From Octopus sinensis (Eukaryota), in assembly GCF_006345805.1 (NCBI RefSeq), contig NC_043005.1, positions 28,210,001-28,274,000 on the forward strand: a stretch of 64,000 nucleotides of DNA, given 5' to 3'. Position 1 is the first letter of the stretch. Each line of letters starts with the position of its first letter. This document shows, piece by piece, positions 28,175-41,141 of this stretch. The notes under the pieces are model-generated. The model saw only the letters and a list, made by a program, of their open reading frames with translations. It was not told the DNA's origin and did not search any database. The position numbers were made by a program, and so were the translations under genes.

Positions 28175-29237
28175 TTATGTATGTATATATGTCTGTATCC
28201 ATCTGTACGTGTATTTATATGGATGCAACTATACATTTAAATGCTTTCTTCATTAAAAAAAAACACTTCATGTAACTGGCTCTGAAGAAGCTATGTCACA
28301 TTGGCACTCAACTCTGGATGCACAGTTTCTCATAGTTGAAACAGCTGTAAGCTAATGAAAGTGACTAGACAGACACTACATACTTTACCAAAACTCTATA
28401 TTTAAAAAGCAAAGGTTCCACCGGGCTTAATTAGAGAAATGAAAGGGCAGCATCATGATCCTTTTTTAGAGAGCCTCCATGACTTGTGGTAGGAGATAGG
28501 GAAAAAGATATCTTCAGACCAAAGAGCCATTCGAAGGACTTGTAACAGAGTGTCCAATAAACAGTCTCTAGGATAAGCTTCCACAAGTTTCCATTCACCT
28601 AATTTCGTTCACTCACAAACTGAGGCTATCTTAGAAGACATTTGACCAAAGTGCTGCTTAGTGGAATTGGACCTAAGACTATGTGGTTACAAAATAAAAT
28701 TCTTAAACCATAGAGCTATGCCTGCACTAGAAATACATTTATCCTTTCGTAACCCTCTCTAGACCCCCACTTAGGGTTAATAAAACAAGGTGCTGGGTTT
28801 GATTTATATTCTAAAAATACATTCTGGACGTGAGAGGAATTATAATAGAATTATAAGGTGTTAAACTGTTTTCTTTTTGTTGTTTGTTTATTTATTTTGT
28901 TGTTGGTTTGGTTTCTGATTCAAAACTGTCTGTTTTAAATGTTTGTATTTGAATTAAAACCTGTCATCATAATTTTATATAAGACCCTTCAGCTTTATAA
29001 TGAAATAATAAAGTCAGTTATTGAACTAAATCGCCTTGAAAAATATTTTCAAAATTAATTGAAACAGAATGAGAAATATGATCACAAAAATGGGTGTTTT
29101 TTTTTTCCACATAAAACCACAAATATATTTATTGTGTATGTGTGTGTGTGTGTGTGTAGGTATGGTAGAACAAACAGGATAAAAAGAATCCAATGCATGA
29201 ATATATATATGTTTTATTATTTTTAATCAGCTATGTT

Positions 29238-29830
29238 GGTGAGCTGGCAGAAATGTTAGTACGCCAGGCGAAATGCTTAGCGGTATTTCGTCTGCTGCTA
29301 CGTTCAGAGTTCAAATTCCGCCAAGGTCGACTTTGCCTTTCATCCTTTCGGGGTCGATTAAATAAGTACCAGTTACACACTGGGGTCGATATAATCGACT
29401 TAATCCGTTTGTCTGTCCTTGTTTGTCCTCTCTGTGTTTAGCCCCTTGTGGGTAGTAACGAAATAGGTATTTCATTTGTCTTTATGTTCTGAGTTTGAAT
29501 TCTGCCGAGGTCAACTTTGCCTTTCATCATTTCAGGGTTGATAAATTAAATACCATTTGCATACTGGGGTCGATCTAATTGACTGGCCCCCTCCCCCAGT
29601 CAAAAAAATTTTAAGGCAGTGAGCTGGCAGAAACGTTAACATGCAGGGTGAAATGCTTAGCGGTATTTCATCTGTCTTTACATTCTGAGTTCGAATTCTA
29701 CCGAGGTTAACTTTGACTTTCATCCCTTCGGGGTCAATAAATTAAGTACCAGTTGTGTATTGGGGGTCGATCTAATCGACTGTCCCCCCCCTCACCCAAA
29801 ATTTCAGGCCTTGTGCCTAGAGTAGAAAAG
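29238..29830 (+). mobile_element. Cluster of three tandem/nested copies of tRNA-derived SINE family 2; other copies at about 22535-22745(+), 36400-36606(+), 40500-40690(-)
   Basis: Repeated gctggcagaaacgttag...gaaatgcttagcggtatttc...gagttcaaattc...gtcgactttgcctttcatcctttcggggtcga. Confidence 0.8.
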
Positions 29831-30254
29831 ATTATTTTTAATCAGTTGAAGTTGGAAAAGTAACTCAAGGGTCAAGAATTTCATAACTGCCTTGAATGAA
29901 ACTCAGCATTGGAGTCACTTTGTAACTTCCGCTAATTCAGAATATGGTATATATACATTTGGATTGTTGGCGATTTTTTTTTCCCTCTATCTTCCTTTTC
30001 TCTTGGACTTTCCTCCGTCTCCAGTTTCTGAAGAAGAGCTTTGCTCGAGACATAAAACCACCTTTCTTTCCTTTCCTTAGCATCTGTTAATACTTTACAT
30101 GTACCACATACGAGCATTGTTGTTTTTTTCTTATGTTTTTTCTTCGTTTTTTTTTATTGATTATATATATATATATATTTAATATGAAAATTTTATCAGT
30201 GGCCAGCATATTAAAAAATACCTTTTAAGGTGAAAATTATAAACAACTTATAAA

Positions 30255-30690
30255 TAAGGGCAAAAGAAAAAAATTCCAATGCCAAATATGCTGATGATAG
30301 ACTTTAAATCGTCAATAATCACATATAATTCATCACTAAAAGCATGCATCTCGAAGCAAGCTGACAGAAATTTCTAAAAAAATTCCGTTATTACTGAGTC
30401 GGTCTGATTTCTGAGATAATTCATAAAGAATTTTCTCATCATCAGTGGTAAATACATTAAGAAATAAATGAAATACTTAATTTCACCCATTGAAGAAGTA
30501 GACACTAAGTCATGAGTACACTTAAGTACCCCAAATATATCCAAATAGCAATTTTGCAGTACACTTCAAGGCACGTGCTATCAGATTGAAAATTCTCATA
30601 GAGTAAGAGGCAGTGATGAATTATATGTGGTTATTGACGATTTAAAGTCTATTCTCTGCATATTTGGCATTGAAAATTTTTTTCTTTTGC

Positions 30691-30695
<5 letters not shown>
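30255..30695. mobile_element. Unclassified MITE with about 85-bp TIRs
   Basis: taagggcaaaagaaaaaaattccaatgccaaatatgc...ataattcatcact is mirrored at about 30610-30695; TA at both ends. Confidence 0.75.
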
Positions 30696-30785
<90 letters not shown>

Positions 30786-30836
30786 CCAAAAAGCTATTTC
30801 TAAAATCTCCCTAAGAGGGGAACACAATAGTTGTAC

Positions 30837-31005
30837 TAGCAAGTAATAAGGTTTGTAGCAACTTCAACATGACCGTTCCATTCGAACGGACTTTACTGCA
30901 ATTTTTTAACCCCAAAAGGAGATGATCTCTTGAGGTTAAAAAATCGCAGTAAAGTCCATTCGAACAGAACAGCCATGTTGAAGTGGTTACAAACGTTACT
31001 TGATA
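30837..31005. repeat. Foldback (palindromic) element, about 170 bp
   Basis: gaacggactttactgcaattttttaacc ... ggttaaaaaatcgcagtaaagtccattc, with pairing that extends to both ends. Confidence 0.8.
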
Positions 31006-31129
31006 TATATATATAAACTTTGTTAAGGTTAACTTAACAAGGACAGAAACAGACATGACCCTACCCACTTCATGTAGGTGGACTTGTTTGATTTGTAGGT
31101 AATGTGTAAGCAGGAACTCCATACTGTAT

Positions 31130-31430
31130 ATTCAGTGTAATGTATGGACACGCAAGAAGTGTAGTAGAATAATTGGAAGGTTATCAGAGAAACTAGTGTT
31201 CATATGTGGAAGATGCACATTCTCTCAAATGCGGTGGTGGCTCAGTAGAGGTAGTTAATAATGTCTGCTACCTAGGGGGCCAATTTAGTTGTGGAGGAGA
31301 ATGTATGGAGAGTGTAATTGCTAGAATAAGAATAGAATGGAGGAAATTCAGTGTGTTGTCACCTCTGTTGGCTGTGAAAGGTTTCTTTCTCCAAATGAAA
31401 GGAAGATTGTATGAGGCATGTATACAGACA
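31130..31430 (+). mobile_element. RTE LINE ORF2 fragment
   Basis: 'EVVNNVCYLGGQFSCGGECMESVIARIRIEWRKFSVLSPLL...GRLYEACIQT'. Confidence 0.75.
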
Positions 31431-31944
31431 AACAACAAGGTGTCAATAGAGTTAGGAGATAATTGTTCTTGGCTTGGTGTGATTGTGGCAGCAGTCAAAA
31501 TGTTGTTAGTGCTGGCTGTACTACTGTCTTCTAATGTCTCTTTGGGTCAGCTGTTGTCCACTGTCCCTTTACCATCTGTCTGCTGCCGTTTCCTCCTAGT
31601 AGTTGAGGTACACTGAATATATGGTAATGGTTAGGTTCAGAAAGAAACACACCAAAAGAGGAAATTGTTGCTGGAGCCGGTTCCAGGCAAAGTCTTGCTT
31701 AGTCAAATCTTTTCAATGACATGGATAATATTCTAGTGAATCATGACATCAGATATAGTGATCCGATTGCTAAATATTCTTGCTACACCTATATGCATGC
31801 ATACATATGTATGTACATATGCCTGTATGTATGCATATGTACATAAATACATACATATATACATACATACATAAGTATTTTATACACATAATATATGTTA
31901 TGATTATGACTTATTTCTTTTTTTTTGTCTATTTTTCTTACTAG

Positions 31945-32872
31945 GGTCAGGGAAATGTCACTGTTTCTGCTCTGAAAGCCCGATTTGATGCACCATTGTC
32001 CAATAAAACTGAAATCAACACAACACGGAAAGTCGCTGATAGAAATTCTAAGTTCAAACCCCACACTACCACAGATAAAATAACAAACACAACATCAACA
32101 ACAAAACCTTCTCTCAAAACCTTGGAATCTAAGAATGTTTCTACTATAGACCGGAAGAATGTTTCGACACTTGATCGGAAATCCATTTCAAGTTTAGAGC
32201 AGAAATCATTATTGAAACAAGAAGAATCGGGAAAAAAGTTGTTGAATAATAAAGTTGAGTCGTCCTGTGATACACCTAACAGTAACTCAGTGATAAACGG
32301 TGGATCATCTTCGGAGTCAGGATCACGATTAAGTATCACAACAAATAAGATAAACATTCCAGCTGCTTTTGCCTGTGAAACTACAAACACAACTTCATCA
32401 AAACAACTTCATGCGCGGAAGTCTCCTTACCAAACCAGTCGGCAGAACAGCCAGCAGAGCAATCATGAAAATTCCACAGAAAGTCCCCAAACAAAGGTAA
32501 ATGCTTCCCCTAAACACGTAGTTCTTGACAAAGGAACCGCAATGCGTGATCCTGAAGAAATAAAGTCCCTTGGAGGTAGTTTAATTAAGAAGCGTACTGA
32601 ACTTTTGACACAAGCAATTCATGGAAACACAGGAACTAAAAGTAAAGTGTCAGCGCCGCCAACTCCTGAACGAAGTGATTCCCTCCCAAAAGGCTTTGAA
32701 TTAAATAACAAAGATGTGATCATAAGAAAGAGAGACAACAAAAAGTTTCAATTAATCAATAAATCAAAATTACAAACTGTACAAAAATGTCCTTCCAAAC
32801 CCAGAAAACTGGAATCCAATGAAATAATATTTCTGTTGAGACAATATGAGAAAGCAGTTGAAGAATTAACAA
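31945..32872 (+). CDS. FYB: FYB/ADAP-family adaptor, large N-terminal coding exon (first exon found; ATG exon upstream not identified)
   Basis: Pyrimidine-rich acceptor ...tttttcttactag at 31944. Open frame GQGNVTVSALKARFDAPLSNK...KCPSKPRKLESNEIIFLLRQYEKAVEELT. Donor a|gtaagt at 32873 (phase 1). 'VSALKARF' resembles the N-terminal 'K.L.AKF' motif of FYB1/FYB2/PRAM1. Confidence 0.85.
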
Positions 32873-33519
32873 GTAAGTCTGTTTTTTTACTATATTATGT
32901 TTCCTTCATCAGCTGACATAGCTGATATCCCTCCTCCTCTCTCTCCCACTCCTCTTCTTATCTCCCCACTACTTCCTTTCTCTTACTTGTAAGCTTTTTC
33001 ATATATTCATAGTGAAAAATAAAGTGCAAATTTGACTGTAGTTACAGGAAAGCAAACGTTACCTCAAAGGATATGGTGCAAGAAATCCAAAGACGAATGC
33101 AGACAAATTTCAGCATTATTATGATCTCATCAGCAAAGCATAGATTTCACCATACTTGTTCGTGTAATAATGAGAGAATCATTGAATAAATATGCAAGAT
33201 TGTACATTTCTTAGCTTGGAGAATAGAAATGCTTAAAAGTTAATTATTCAAGATATACATAACATATGTTACATGACTTCTTATTATTTTACATATACAA
33301 TATGTAGACAGGAAGTATTCTAAGTTATGTTATAAATATTACATAAATGACAAGTAGCCCAGAAATACATTGAAATGTCTCTTCTCTCTTCATAACACCC
33401 ACCATTCTGTCGTAAAATTATTCAGAAGAATTTCCAGAATGCCATCTGACAGCTTTCTACTTTGGTAACATTATTCCACTCAAGTACTGAAGCCGTACAA
33501 TATCTAGTGAATATTTGGG

Positions 33520-33860
33520 TGGTTCACTAGTCATAGTTGATAATTTCTGTTACCTAGGTGATCTAATTAGTACCAGTGTGGGAGGGAACTGTTGTGAGAG
33601 TTTTGTAGCTAGAATAACGAAAGGGAGGAAGAAGTTCAGGAAGACATTTCACTGTTGACAACAAAGAGCTTCTTTCTTTGTATGAAAGGCATAGTGTGTG
33701 TGTGATGTATATCTGAGGAGTATGATGCTATATGGTAGTGAGTGAAACAAAAGAACAAAGAATGTGGAACATTAGTGGAGGTCAGAGAGAGAAATTTCAG
33801 TAAAATCTTTTAGATTTGAAATGTTAACATATTTGAGAGATTGAGGATAAGTTTAATGAG
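33520..33860 (+). mobile_element. RTE LINE ORF2 fragment (degenerate)
   Basis: 'VDNFCYLGDLIS' and similarity to the copy at 13638-13883. Confidence 0.6.
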
Positions 33861-34211
33861 AAGGTGGCCAGATATTAAATCTAAAGTCAGTTGATTAATG
33901 AAGTATGTTTAAAAAAGTCTTTGCGGGACATGGATGTTGAATTTGGATATTCTGTGAAAAACTGGAGAGAAATGTGATGACAGCCTTTTGGTCTTATTGT
34001 GTAAATATCCCCCACCCCACCTGCCAGCCTCATTCTCCCACAAATCTGTTTAAGCAAGGTAAAATTTCCCTGTGGCCAGACACATATTTGCAGAATATTG
34101 AAAACGGATGACACAGCTTGTATGACAGTGATGCTCATTTACAATGACCATGACATGTCAAAACAAGGGAATACAAACATACACACATTCACTCACTCAC
34201 TCACTCACTCA

Positions 34212-34250
<39 letters not shown>

Positions 34251-34757
34251 GCACAGGAGTGGATGTATGATAATCTTGCTTTCCAGCCACATGGTTCTAA
34301 GTTTAGTCCTGCAGTGTGACACTGTGTGAGTGAATTTGGTTCACTCAGAAAATGAAAGAAGCCTGTCATACATACATACATACATACATACGTATGTACA
34401 TATGTACAAAAATGGATGTAAAATAAGTGAAAATAAACACACACACACATGCACGCACACACTCTACAGTATGGATTTACTGTGAATTGTTTGATGGAAA
34501 AGAAACTAAGGAGATAGAAATTATGTTATTATTAAGCAGAAATGTTCTCATTTATATTCAGTTTATAGAAATATATTCCTTGAACAATCTTAGCTTACGT
34601 ATAGCTTTATTATTTCAATTACCTGGCAGAGTATGAAAGGGATTTAAAAAAAAAAAGATAAATAATACAAAGAACACAAATTACTGTAAAAAAAATATTG
34701 AAAGAAAATTTATGAAATTAAATTTATTCAAAGTAAAATATCTCTATTATATTATAA

Positions 34758-34797
<40 letters not shown>

Positions 34798-37379
34798 TAG
34801 CTTCTTAGTTTATGATATATATTAGAGCTTATTGCTGATTTATAACATACAATATACAATTGGTATTAGAGTATGACAAATATTAAGGCCTATTGTTGTA
34901 TTAGAGCCTGTTATTAGAACTAAATATGTTATTATTAGAACTATCATCATCATCATTATTACTATCAAACATTGGTTTTTTTTCCATGTTGTCATGAAAA
35001 TTTTGTCTGCCACTAATTGTGATCTTTCATCATCTTTTCTATGAAACCCAACATCTAGAGTTTTCATATTTTCTTTGGTCTTCTACTACCACAAATACTC
35101 TTCACTGTCAGCACATTACATCATTTTATCACCCAGCACGCATTGTCCAATCACATCACATGCCCACACCATACTCAACCAATGTAGCCATCTCTCAGAC
35201 ATACACTGCTTGGTACCTTTAAAAGCCAACCACTCTCTCACCTCACCTCCACATTCATATAAGTCCACGTTATACATGCAACGTCTTATTTACATCATTT
35301 CTCTCCAGTCTCCTCAGGTTCTTATACATTCAGTCAAACAATTTTCTACCAAGATATGATAATTGATTTGATATCATCATCATCATCAGTTAAGGTCCAT
35401 ATTCCATGCTGGTATGGGTAGGATGATTTGACAGGATCTGACGGATCCAAAGACTGTATGATAGTCTAATATCTGCTTTGGCCATTCCTAAACACCAAAC
35501 ACTTTACAGTATGTACTGAGTGCTTTGTTTCAGTTGCACCAACGCTTGTGAGATCACTATGAAGCTGTATGGTCAAGAAGTTTATACAAGTACAGCACAA
35601 CTGTGTGACTAACATGTTTGTTTCCCAACCATGAGGCTTCAGGTTCAATCCCACTGCATAGCACCTTGGTGCCCTTTACTATATAAATCAAAGCCTTGTG
35701 AGTGAATTTGGTAGATGGAACTGGAAGAGGAAGCCTATTGTGTGTGTGTATGATTCATTGTTTTGACTTCACTTTGGTTGTTGTAAATGAGCATCACTGT
35801 CATACGAGCAGTGTCATTCATTTCCAATATTCCATGGAAACGTTTGACTATTGGGGGGAAATATTACCTTGCTTAGAGGCAGATGAAGGTTGGTGACAGT
35901 AAGGGTATTTGGCCATAGAATATCTGCCTCAATAAACTGTATCTGACCCAAGCAAGCATGGAAAAGTGGACATTAAATTGATGACAACGACAGTGATGAT
36001 AAATGACCTATGCCATACCATATAAAGCTGGAAATATTAATCTTAAAACCATCTATGAAGCTGAATATGTAGCTTTCAAACTGAAAATCTTTACAGATTA
36101 GTCTATTTCTAGAAAAACCTGATTCAGTATAAAGAAAACTAAAATAGTTTTCCACAGAAACCAGAATAATCTAATACTTTGTACAACACCAGAACTGAAC
36201 AAGAAAAATAATAATTCCATCGGAAAATATAAAATAACTTTAAAATGCCCATATTCGGAATAGCAGCATCTAGATTATTGAATAGCAGGAATTTCTGATT
36301 TGCTGCACATGTATGGTCTTTTAATGAGAATATCTTTAAAATCGATTGTTAATTACTGCTTTCTCTTATAAAAAGGGTTGCAGTAATGGGGGGGGGGTGC
36401 GAGCTGGCAGATACATTAGCATGCCGGGCGAAATGCTTAGTGATATTTCATCTGCCGTTCAAATTCTGCCAAGGTCGGAATTCATCTCTTTCGGGGTCAA
36501 TAAATTAAGTACCAGTTACACACTGGGGTTGATGTAGTCGACTTAATCCGTTTGTCTGTCCTTGTTTGTCCCCTCTATGTTTAGCCTCTTGTGGGTAGTA
36601 AAGAAATGAGTAAAGGGGGGTGGGTGATAGTGGTGGTGGCAGCATTGTTGTTGTTGTAGTTGTTTAGCCCTAGGTCATCTGTGATAGAGCACACTCGTTT
36701 ATGGTGAAAGACATACTACACAGTCTTTTTTATATCCAGAACTACACTGTCCACTGTATCTTTGTTTTTAAGGCAGTCTTGTGTACTTTGAGGACAATTC
36801 AGTTGCTATTTCTAACAGATCCAGTGACCACATAGAGGTTCCCTTGTTAGTTTACTCTTTTATTCTTTTACTTGTTTCAGTCATTTGATTGCGGCCATGC
36901 TGGAGCACCGCCTTTAGTCGAGCAAATCGACCCCAGAACTTATTCTTTGTAAGCCTAGTACTTATTCTATCAGCCTCTTTTTGCCAAACTGCTAAGTTAT
37001 GGAGACGTAAACACACCACCATCGGTTGTCAAGCAACATATACACACACATACACATATATATATACATATATACGACGGGCTTCTTTCAGTTTCCATCT
37101 ACCACATCCACTGACAAGGCTTTAACCAGCTCGAGGCTATAGTAGAAAACACTTGCCCAAGGTGCCACACAATGGGAATGAACCTGGAACCATGTGGTTG
37201 GTAAGCAAGCTACTTACCACACAGCCACTCCTGCGCCTATGTTTATTATTTACTGACTTCGTTCCTAGATTTAATCTCTATAGTAAGAGACCCATAAAGA
37301 CATGATACATTATATGTCACTTTGTTTCCAGCCATTACACCCCAGTTTTTTATCAACCATTAATATCCAATAACCTACT

Positions 37380-38130
37380 TCTGTCTATTTACAAATAGAG
37401 AAACATGAATCAGTTATGCTTTATGGGTTCACAGGTGATTCCCCGAGTAAGACCTGTGGAACTATGGACATAGGAGTAGATGAAGAGCCATCAAGAACAG
37501 TGCAGAGGCTGCCGAGAAAGCCTCTGGACAGCTCCAATTGAAAAGAGGTGATTGTTGGTGTTAGCAGAATGCTGCTTGAACTGAGGCATCTCCTTAGGTT
37601 GAGGTCCTTGAGAGAATGTGTATGTTGTAAGACCCCCAAGCACTCAGAAATTTCAGGATCCAACACTTATGATGTAGCTATTGATGTAGGTTGAACTTAC
37701 TTTTATCTATGTATTTACTAAAAGAGAAACCTCAATCAGGAATACTTTATGGTTTGGAAGTTGAGTGTTCTCAGTTGTTCCTTGAGTAAGGCCTATGAAA
37801 CCTTGGATGTTACAGGAATGAGTAGAAGGACAGCTACCAATAACAGTGTAGTGGCTACTGAGAAAGCATCTAGATGGCTGTGGTTGGAAAGAGTTGACTG
37901 GTGCTATCAGTAGAATGCTGCTGGACACAGGCCTTAGCTTGATAACCCTAGGTTCGATTGCCTAAACAAGGGTGTATGTTTTGAGAACCAATACACCCAG
38001 TAACCCCAAGATACAAGACTGACAATGTGCCTAAGTATTACATCTCTAGCTGTATGAAGAACTAACTTCTTTCTATCTATTTACTAAAAGAGAAACATGA
38101 ATTAAGAATATTTTATGGTTTGGAAGTTAA
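37380..38130. repeat. Degenerate tandem duplication, about 2.2 units of about 325-365 bp
   Basis: tatttac(t)aaa(a/t)agagaaac...ttatgg recurs at about 37385, 37710 and 38075, with parallel internal motifs (agaatgctgct, gtgtatgtt). Confidence 0.6.
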
Positions 38131-38309
38131 CATGAAACAACTATAAATTATAAAACTCGAAGTTCAAAAAGTCGAAAATGTAAAAAAATAAAATATCTGC
38201 AAAGAAAGAAAGGAAGAAGAATTGGGTTTGAAATGCTTATTTTAAAAGAACAAAACAATTCTTATTGATAATTTATATTCAACTTTGAAATATCTTTTTT
38301 TCCTTTCAG

Positions 38310-38352
38310 AATCTAATGATACATCACAGGGGCAAGAGCGTTGTTCTCTAAT
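38310..38352 (+). CDS. FYB: FYB-like exon (43 nt, phase 1->2): (K)SNDTSQGQERCSL
   Basis: Acceptor ttttttcctttcag, donor gtaagt; keeps the frame between flanking exons. Confidence 0.75.
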
Positions 38353-38968
38353 GTAAGTCAACAATCTTTTAAGTTTAATTCCTTCAGTTTCTAGTTAACC
38401 ATTAATGGAATGTATTTTCAATGTATTGATTATTTGATAAAACTAGTTCTTTATTCAACTTGCTTCTATAGTCTTTTCTTATTTTTGATTTTTCAAAGTG
38501 AAATCTTTGCCAAAATTCAAACTCCATTTGTTTTGTACAATAAATGATAACTCTCCTATATCTGCATTTTCTTTCAACTCTACATTTCAGTTGCTATGTT
38601 CTTCGATTTTCTTCAGATCGTCATCATTGTCGTCATCATCATTATTTATTTATTTATTAATTTACATATGTACATTTTATCTGACATTCAAATGAACCCT
38701 TCAACATATTGCCTGACAAAGACTTTCATTGTTGTTATTCACCTAGCATATCAGTGTTCTTATGGGCAAGAACACAATTTTTCCAGACTGTCTATCTCAT
38801 CTTTAGAGTGTGTATTTACACTATTTATATATATTTACAACTTATATATATACCGGAGTAAATACATAAATGTGAAACAAGATGGAAAAAAGAGTACTCA
38901 AATACCAGGGGTAGAGTAATATGCTTTATTTAAAAGGTTTTGTTGAATTTCTGCTGCTTTTAAATAAA

Positions 38969-39001
<33 letters not shown>

Positions 39002-39294
39002 TGCAAGCATGGCTATGTGGTAAGAAGTTTGCTTCTCAACCACATGGTCCCAGGTTCAATCCACAGCATGGTATCTTGGGTAAGTGTCTTCTACTATAGC
39101 CTCAGGCTGACCAAAGCCTTATGAGTAACTGTGTGTGTGTATGTAGAATATGAGGGGTTTAGTTCACTGATGATCTAAACCAGGAGGTACATTGGTTAAG
39201 TGCTATAATTGGTCATCCATTAGTTTCCAAGTTCACAGCTGAGGCTGGAGATAGGGATCCATTGTAGGGTTCTGAGTCAGCAGGAATGCTTTAA

Positions 39295-39512
39295 CCCTTT
39301 CATTACCGTATTTCTGTTGAGTTGCTCTGTGTTTCTTTCAATTACTTCTAATATAACAAATAATTTAGTAAAATAACTTAGTTATTTAGCTAGTCTAAGG
39401 AACATAAATTGTGACTAAGGTTTGGTGGAAGATTTTAATTCAAAACTTATGGAAACAAAACATTTGTACTACAGAGCCAGAGATGGTTTCAGCCGGGTTT
39501 GTAACGAAAGGG
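39295..39512. mobile_element. piggyBac-type MITE
   Basis: TTAA on both sides (39291-94, 39513-16); TIR ccctttcattac / gtaacgaaaggg. Confidence 0.7.
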
Positions 39513-39536
39513 TTAAAGGGAAAGGAAAATAAAACC

Positions 39537-39741
39537 AAGGCAAGACGAGTCTCTCAGATCATTTAGAATATTTAATTTAGAGTAAGGTGAATCAAAACTG
39601 GAGCAGTAATTAATGTGTTACAGCTGTTTCTGAGATATCTCAGAAGCAGGTGTATGACATTAATTACTTCTATTTCTCAAGTTTTGATTCTCCTTCCACT
39701 AATTAAATATTCTAAATGACCTGAGATACTCATCCTGTCTT
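39537..39741. repeat. Foldback (palindromic) element, about 200 bp
   Basis: Centre ctgagat|atctcag; arms tcatttagaatatttaatt ... aattaaatattctaaatga. Confidence 0.8.
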
Positions 39742-39748
39742 GTCTTCA

Positions 39749-39801
<53 letters not shown>

Positions 39802-39879
39802 ATATATATATATCTTTATATGTATGTATATATATATGTGTGTGTGTATATATATATATATACACACATACATATATAT

Positions 39880-39930
<51 letters not shown>

Positions 39931-39949
39931 TACACTCTCACACACACAC

Positions 39950-39982
<33 letters not shown>

Positions 39983-40135
39983 TATATATATAATCAAAAT
40001 AAGCAACAAGTATATCCGAGGTTGCTTATTTTGATTATAATCACCCCATGGATTTATATGGATAATACCATACAAAATTCTGGTGCCTTTGACTTAAGTA
40101 CCATATTCATCTGAATCTAAATTTTGCTGAACTTT

Positions 40136-40196
<61 letters not shown>

Positions 40197-41037
40197 GCCA
40201 GGCACAATGTTCTTATTAAAGAGATTCACTTTTTTTTCCTTAGTCAATAATGTACTTTCTTTTGATAATCAGTACTTAAAAGTTACTAGTAGAATCTTTT
40301 ATATCAAATAACTGTGATAGAATATTAAAAATAAAATCCTTTTTTTCAACCACCGATGGGGCATGCATTTTTCTGGAAAGCTATAGTGGGGGCCTGGGGG
40401 AATATAGGTCAGGAAACACTGGTCTAAATCCAGCATGAATAAGTTGCATAACAACAATCGGGGATGAAATGAAAGAGAGGAGGGAGTTAGTTGATACCTA
40501 TTTCTTTACTACCCACAAGGGGCTAAACACAGAGGGGACAAACAAGGACAGACAAACAGATTAAGTCGATTACATCAACCCCAGTGCGTAACTGGTACTT
40601 AATTTATCGACCCCGAAAGGATCAAAGGCAGACGAAGTACCGCTAGGCATTTTGCCCGGCATGCTAACGTGTCTACCAGCTCACCACCTTACAGTTTCTG
40701 TCTACCAAATCCACTAACAAAGGTAACATGCTGTGGGACTGAACCTGGAACCATGTAGTTTAGAAGCAAGCTTCTTACCACATAGTATGCATTATCTGGA
40801 AATATTTTGGAGTATTTAGTATAACACTTAAGGTAAAAACTACAGGAATTGAAAGATTGGGGTTTCAGCCTTGTTTTGTCTCATCAGCTTCAATATGAGT
40901 AGAAACATACATGTTCTATCTGTCTGTCTGCCTGTCTCTCTCTCTCTCTCTCTCTCTAATTAAGGATGTTTATATATTGGTCAGTATCTGCAAGTGAATC
41001 CTTAATCAAATGTGATGTCCGAATTTTTTTTATTCAG

Positions 41038-41141
41038 TCCTGACATGACAGAAGAAGAAGAAGAAATAGAAGACTCTACTTCATCACAAAGCAGTAGCAC
41101 TACCGGTTACCGACCAATACCCCCTCCTCCTCGAAAACCCG
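41038..41141 (+). CDS. FYB: FYB-like exon (104 nt, phase 2->1): (I)PDMTEEEEEIEDSTSSQSSSTTGYRPIPPPPRKP
   Basis: Acceptor ttttttttattcag, donor gtaagt; acidic tract plus a Pro-rich SH3/EVH1-type ligand motif. Confidence 0.85.

Noticed and set aside
32873-32916. ORF-track extension of the 306-aa ORF (SKSVFLLYYVSFIS*) and its TTG start at 31996
   Set aside because: A strong donor at 32873 and an acceptor at 31944 define the real exon; the rest is intron read-through.
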